Assembly (NCBI RefSeq): GCF_000981445.1 | Contig: NC_027216.1 | Span: 124,001 to 188,000, forward strand | Length of the DNA stretch: 64,000 nt | Direction of reading: 5' to 3' | From: Babesia bigemina | Lineage: Eukaryota | In this document: positions 60,541 through 64,000 of the stretch, piece after piece | Numbering within the stretch: the first letter of the stretch is position 1 | Layout: the number at the start of each line of letters is the position of its first letter | Notes under the pieces: generated by a model | Told to the model about the DNA's origin: nothing | Seen by the model: the letters and a program-made list of their open reading frames with translations, nothing else | Database searches by the model: none | Made by a program: the position numbers and the translations under genes

Positions 60541-61724
60541 TCAGTAGCCAACTACGTTGAACGTGAAGCTGACGAAAGAGTCGTACTCGGTCTCGCCCTC
60601 TAGCTCGTTGGTGACTGCGCGTATATGACGATAGCAGATGACCGCTTACCGTGTGAGCCGGAGTTCTTTTCACCCTTCCTCCGCGGCAACAATGAGTCCA
60701 GCGCCTTTCTCAGCGTATCCTCGTCGGCGCGTTCCGTGGGCCACACTGCGAAGCAGGCGAAGTTGATCGGGAGGCCGAACTTGAGCACGGCCTCGCAGAA
60801 GGCCCGCATGGCCTTCAGATGCATCCAGCAGGTGAATATGTCTGAGAACGCCACGCGGTAGATGCGCGAAAGGAACGCCTCCTGGCGGTGCGACTCGGTC
60901 TCGAGTTTGCTGCGCTCCTCCATCATGGCGCGGTAGCGCTCCTCGGAGTAGATGAACTGCTTCGCGATATATCCCCGATTTTCGCATTCCTCGATGAAGT
61001 GCTTCATCTGCGACTTGAACAGCAGCACGCGCCACATGGTGTGCCTCGAGCAGCTGACGTTGATTTTTTTCGCGCTGTTCGGCACCACCATCTCGCTGAG
61101 CGTCATGTATGAGGAGAGCCACTCGCCCTCCATGCTGATGGGCACGAACACCACCAGCGTGGTGAGGTGCTCGGTGTCGATGTAGTCCTGCGGGTCTTCC
61201 ACGACGTCCGGTGTTATCAAGTACGTAAGGTCACGGTACAAATACGTGTTCTCTGCCTCGTTCTTCATGGCCAGCCTTCTGTTGTTGAGGTCGGCGTAGG
61301 CGCTGGCCTTGTTCATGACGTCGTCGTCGAGCTTCTTCACCAGCTGCACCAGCGTCTGCAGGTTCTCCGCCACGGTGCAGTAGCGCGGGAACCTGCCGTC
61401 GTCCCACTGGAAACGGGACATGTAGGTCTCGATGGCCACCTGCCGTCCCTGGAAGTGGATGGTGATCGCTGCGCTGTCGACGCCCCTCAATAAGGTCTCC
61501 GAGCGCTTGAGCACCGTTTCAATGATTGGGTCCTGCTTCTCCAGTTCGTCAGCGCACATCAGGAGGTCGTCGAACGTGGTGAACCTCATGTTGTGAGGCA
61601 CGTTCACCAGGCCGACCTCGTGGCACATTTTGCTCTTGATAAGCTGCTTGCGCAGCAACACGTGCTGCTGCTCGCGACTCTCAGTCGGCGAGGTGAGGCA
61701 TGCCACGAACATACACTTCGTCAT
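60541..61724 (-). CDS. VMA5: V-type proton ATPase subunit C
   Basis: Motifs TFDDLL..ADEL, FQWDDGRFP, DTEHLTTLVVFVP, MVVPNSA and FSDIFTCWMHLKAMRAFCEAVLKFGLP.NF. A short last exon ...EYDSFVSFTFNVVGY* follows a gtaagc donor. Confidence 0.92.
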
Positions 61725-62564
61725 TTTGTACGGCTGTATGATCCGGGTACGCCACTGTAATTGGATTCAGCAAGGCCGACTGCGGTACTCTGGCACCCGG
61801 CAGGGTCACCTCTATGTTGTCCACGATGTCTTCAACTGCTCGGTGTTCTTCTCGGCACCTTCGTTGTCGCTTGTAAGCTCGCACAGTTGCTCGATTGGCA
61901 AAAATACGAGCGGACCAGACGGAACGGCGACCTTGCGATATCGGCCGTGCCGCAATAGCACTCGGCTCCACCAGCAACCGCTCCTAATACACACCGTGTA
62001 AAAATGTCCGCCCACCGCGGAAAATATAGGTGTCAGTAAGGCTAGGGGCGTCTGATGCCGGTGCCACACATCGGCGTTGCGGCGTGCTCGGCGACAACAG
62101 ACGCGACGACCGCCCTCTCGTCCAGCTGAGTAACGCAGAAAATCTGGTCTCAACGATTACACAGGCGAATATAACTGCGGCAGCACATCGGCACTCTTTG
62201 AAATTGCCGATCTCGACGACTACACACAAACAGCAGTTCAGCCCAGACAATACCGCTGATCGTGCTAATTCCCCATGTCTACGTGTCCTTCCTTTGTCTA
62301 TATCCCTATTAATTAGGTTTTAAGTGAGTGTGGCGGCTGTTACCGTGCTCCGCGGCTGGCGACGTCGACTGTGACGTCTGCATGTGGACTGCGCTATTAA
62401 TTCTGTCTTGGAGTCATCTGGATTTTAATGCGCGTGCCTTTGCACCATTCGCCACATTCTCGCCACATGAAAGGGTCGCATGGGCAATCTATTCGCTCTG
62501 TATCGCCATTCCGTCAAATGAACTGCAGCGGCTAGGCCACTAAGACGGCACCAACTTCATCGCA

Positions 62565-64000
62565 ATGACAACGCCCGGGGGATCATCCCAGGCACACGAT
62601 GACGATCTGCCACGGCATTGTCGGCATATCGACTACCTCCAGGCCAATCTTCTCAAGCATGTGCTTAAACTCGAGGAGGCGGAGGTTGTGAACGCCAGCA
62701 ACCACCGCTGCTTCATCCCTACGTGCCAAGGCGGCGACCTGAACGATCTTAAGGTCTTCTTCAACATGGGCACGCCGCCAATGAACACATACCATCCCAT
62801 CAACTACATTGGCATCGGCCTGCACAACGACGACAGTGTGGACACCTCCGGGTGGTACACTGCCTACGTACCGGTGCACCTGCAGTGCTTCAACAACGAC
62901 TTGTACGTGCTGAAGCAGACACTGATTAGGCTGATTGGCGCGGGAAAATTCTGGTTACCCGGAGATAAGCGAGAAGTTCCGACCACCCACGAGTACCAAG
63001 ATGATGGCACTAGCAGCTCGGTGCCGGATTCGCCACGCGGCATTGGCGACATCCCGTCCGCCCCAGACGACACCAATTTGCCGGTTGCGAATCTCTTCGG
63101 CACGCTGGATATGGGCCTTGTCGGTGACGATACCAACATCTTCGTGCCAGCGTGCACTCCGCTTGGCGTGACCGATCCCAACCGGTACATCTTTGTTACG
63201 CCGTCGTGCATGTACGCCACGTTGCCGGAGCTGGCATCGGTGCTAACGTTCGAGGGGTTGCAAGTCAGCCTCCGCATGGTGATTCAGGTGTCTGTTAAGC
63301 CTGGGTCATACATAGCGGCTGGAGCCAGCGTGCGAAACCTCAAGGAGAACTTCGACTGCTGCTTCCCCAACGATGGTAGGCAGTCTTCAACAAAGCGTTC
63401 CACTGCTGTTCAGCGATCGAATGGTACATCGACGACGTCGATAACGTCATTCCACAGCGCGTGTTGGCGCGCATACTGAGGAAAGAAGAAGCCGTCGTGC
63501 GCCACACGTCGTGCGACTCGCCCATCCAATCCCCGCGCGAAAAAGTGAAACCGCAGGTCCAGGGGGTAAACCTCATCACTGTGATGCCGTCAACTAACGT
63601 TTTATTTGCGTGCGAAAACAATTTCCTGGCGCTGCGTGGTGCTTACTCGAGCATAGGCGGCACGGAGGATGCCGTCACATTCCTCGAAGCCACCTCCCCT
63701 AGCGCTAATACAGCGTCGGCTACAGGAAGCACCGCTCCTATTTCCGCCGCACCAGCTTTTCTAAATGTGCAAGAACCAGTCAAACCCGGCGATCCGAGCC
63801 CCAGGAGGGCTGCCGCAGCAGGCGGCGCGGGTGAGAGGTCGACAGGGCATGACACCCAGGTACTAGCGCTCAGATTGAAGTGGACGGAACACAACAATCG
63901 GGTGGTGTTCTACCTCAAATCCATGATAGGCCCAAAGTTTTTGGACTGGGATGCCGAGCTTAAGGTATGGCGAATCAGCGCCACGTTTCTCTACGAGTGC
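62565..64000 (+). CDS. Uncharacterised protein with a NEURL4-type ADP-ribosyltransferase-like domain; continues past the window edge
   Basis: Intron 63376-63413 (gtaggc...ttcag) extends the 304-aa ORF into a frame open to 64000: WYTAY...YIFVTPSCMYA...IQVSVKPGSY...FDCCFPND-AIEWYIDDVDNVIPQRVLARI. Confidence 0.6.

Noticed and set aside
1..64000. Prokaryotic systems (CRISPR, operons, IS elements), tRNA/rRNA/snRNA genes, telomeric repeats
   Set aside because: The sequence is intron-containing eukaryotic DNA. No repeat-spacer array, transposase or RT motif, or canonical RNA-gene signature was seen by eye.

Overview
Eukaryotic, gene-dense, GC-rich DNA with short GT-AG introns, most likely a Babesia (piroplasm) chromosome-internal segment. 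The organism call rests on VESA-like N-terminal motifs and a Babesia-type 6-Cys protein; the species cannot be fixed from sequence alone. About 25 genes can be supported once introns are spliced by eye. Core genes: UBA4/MOCS3, a J-domain protein, SUMO, a probable Scc2/NIPBL cohesin loader, an RS/RRM protein, MPP6 (no complete ORF in the track), a RAP protein, a TTF1/Reb1-like Myb, NIFK/Nop15, an apicoplast-type HSP20-like protein, UTP15, a PHIP/BRWD-like reader, AAR2, a mitochondrial-type thioredoxin and V-ATPase subunit C. Accessory content: a 2162-bp-offset tandem pair of signal-peptide PfkB/adenosine kinases, one apparently catalytically dead, with a near-identical ~450-bp upstream block; an isolated short VESA-like gene at ~29 kb; and an AT-richer island at ~48-59.5 kb (6-Cys-like, VESA-like, MFS). 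At the right edge a spliced gene encodes a NEURL4-type ADP-ribosyltransferase-like domain followed by a possible HARP-like motif. All family calls come from motif recognition, not database searches. No tRNA, rRNA, CRISPR array or transposon was recognised.
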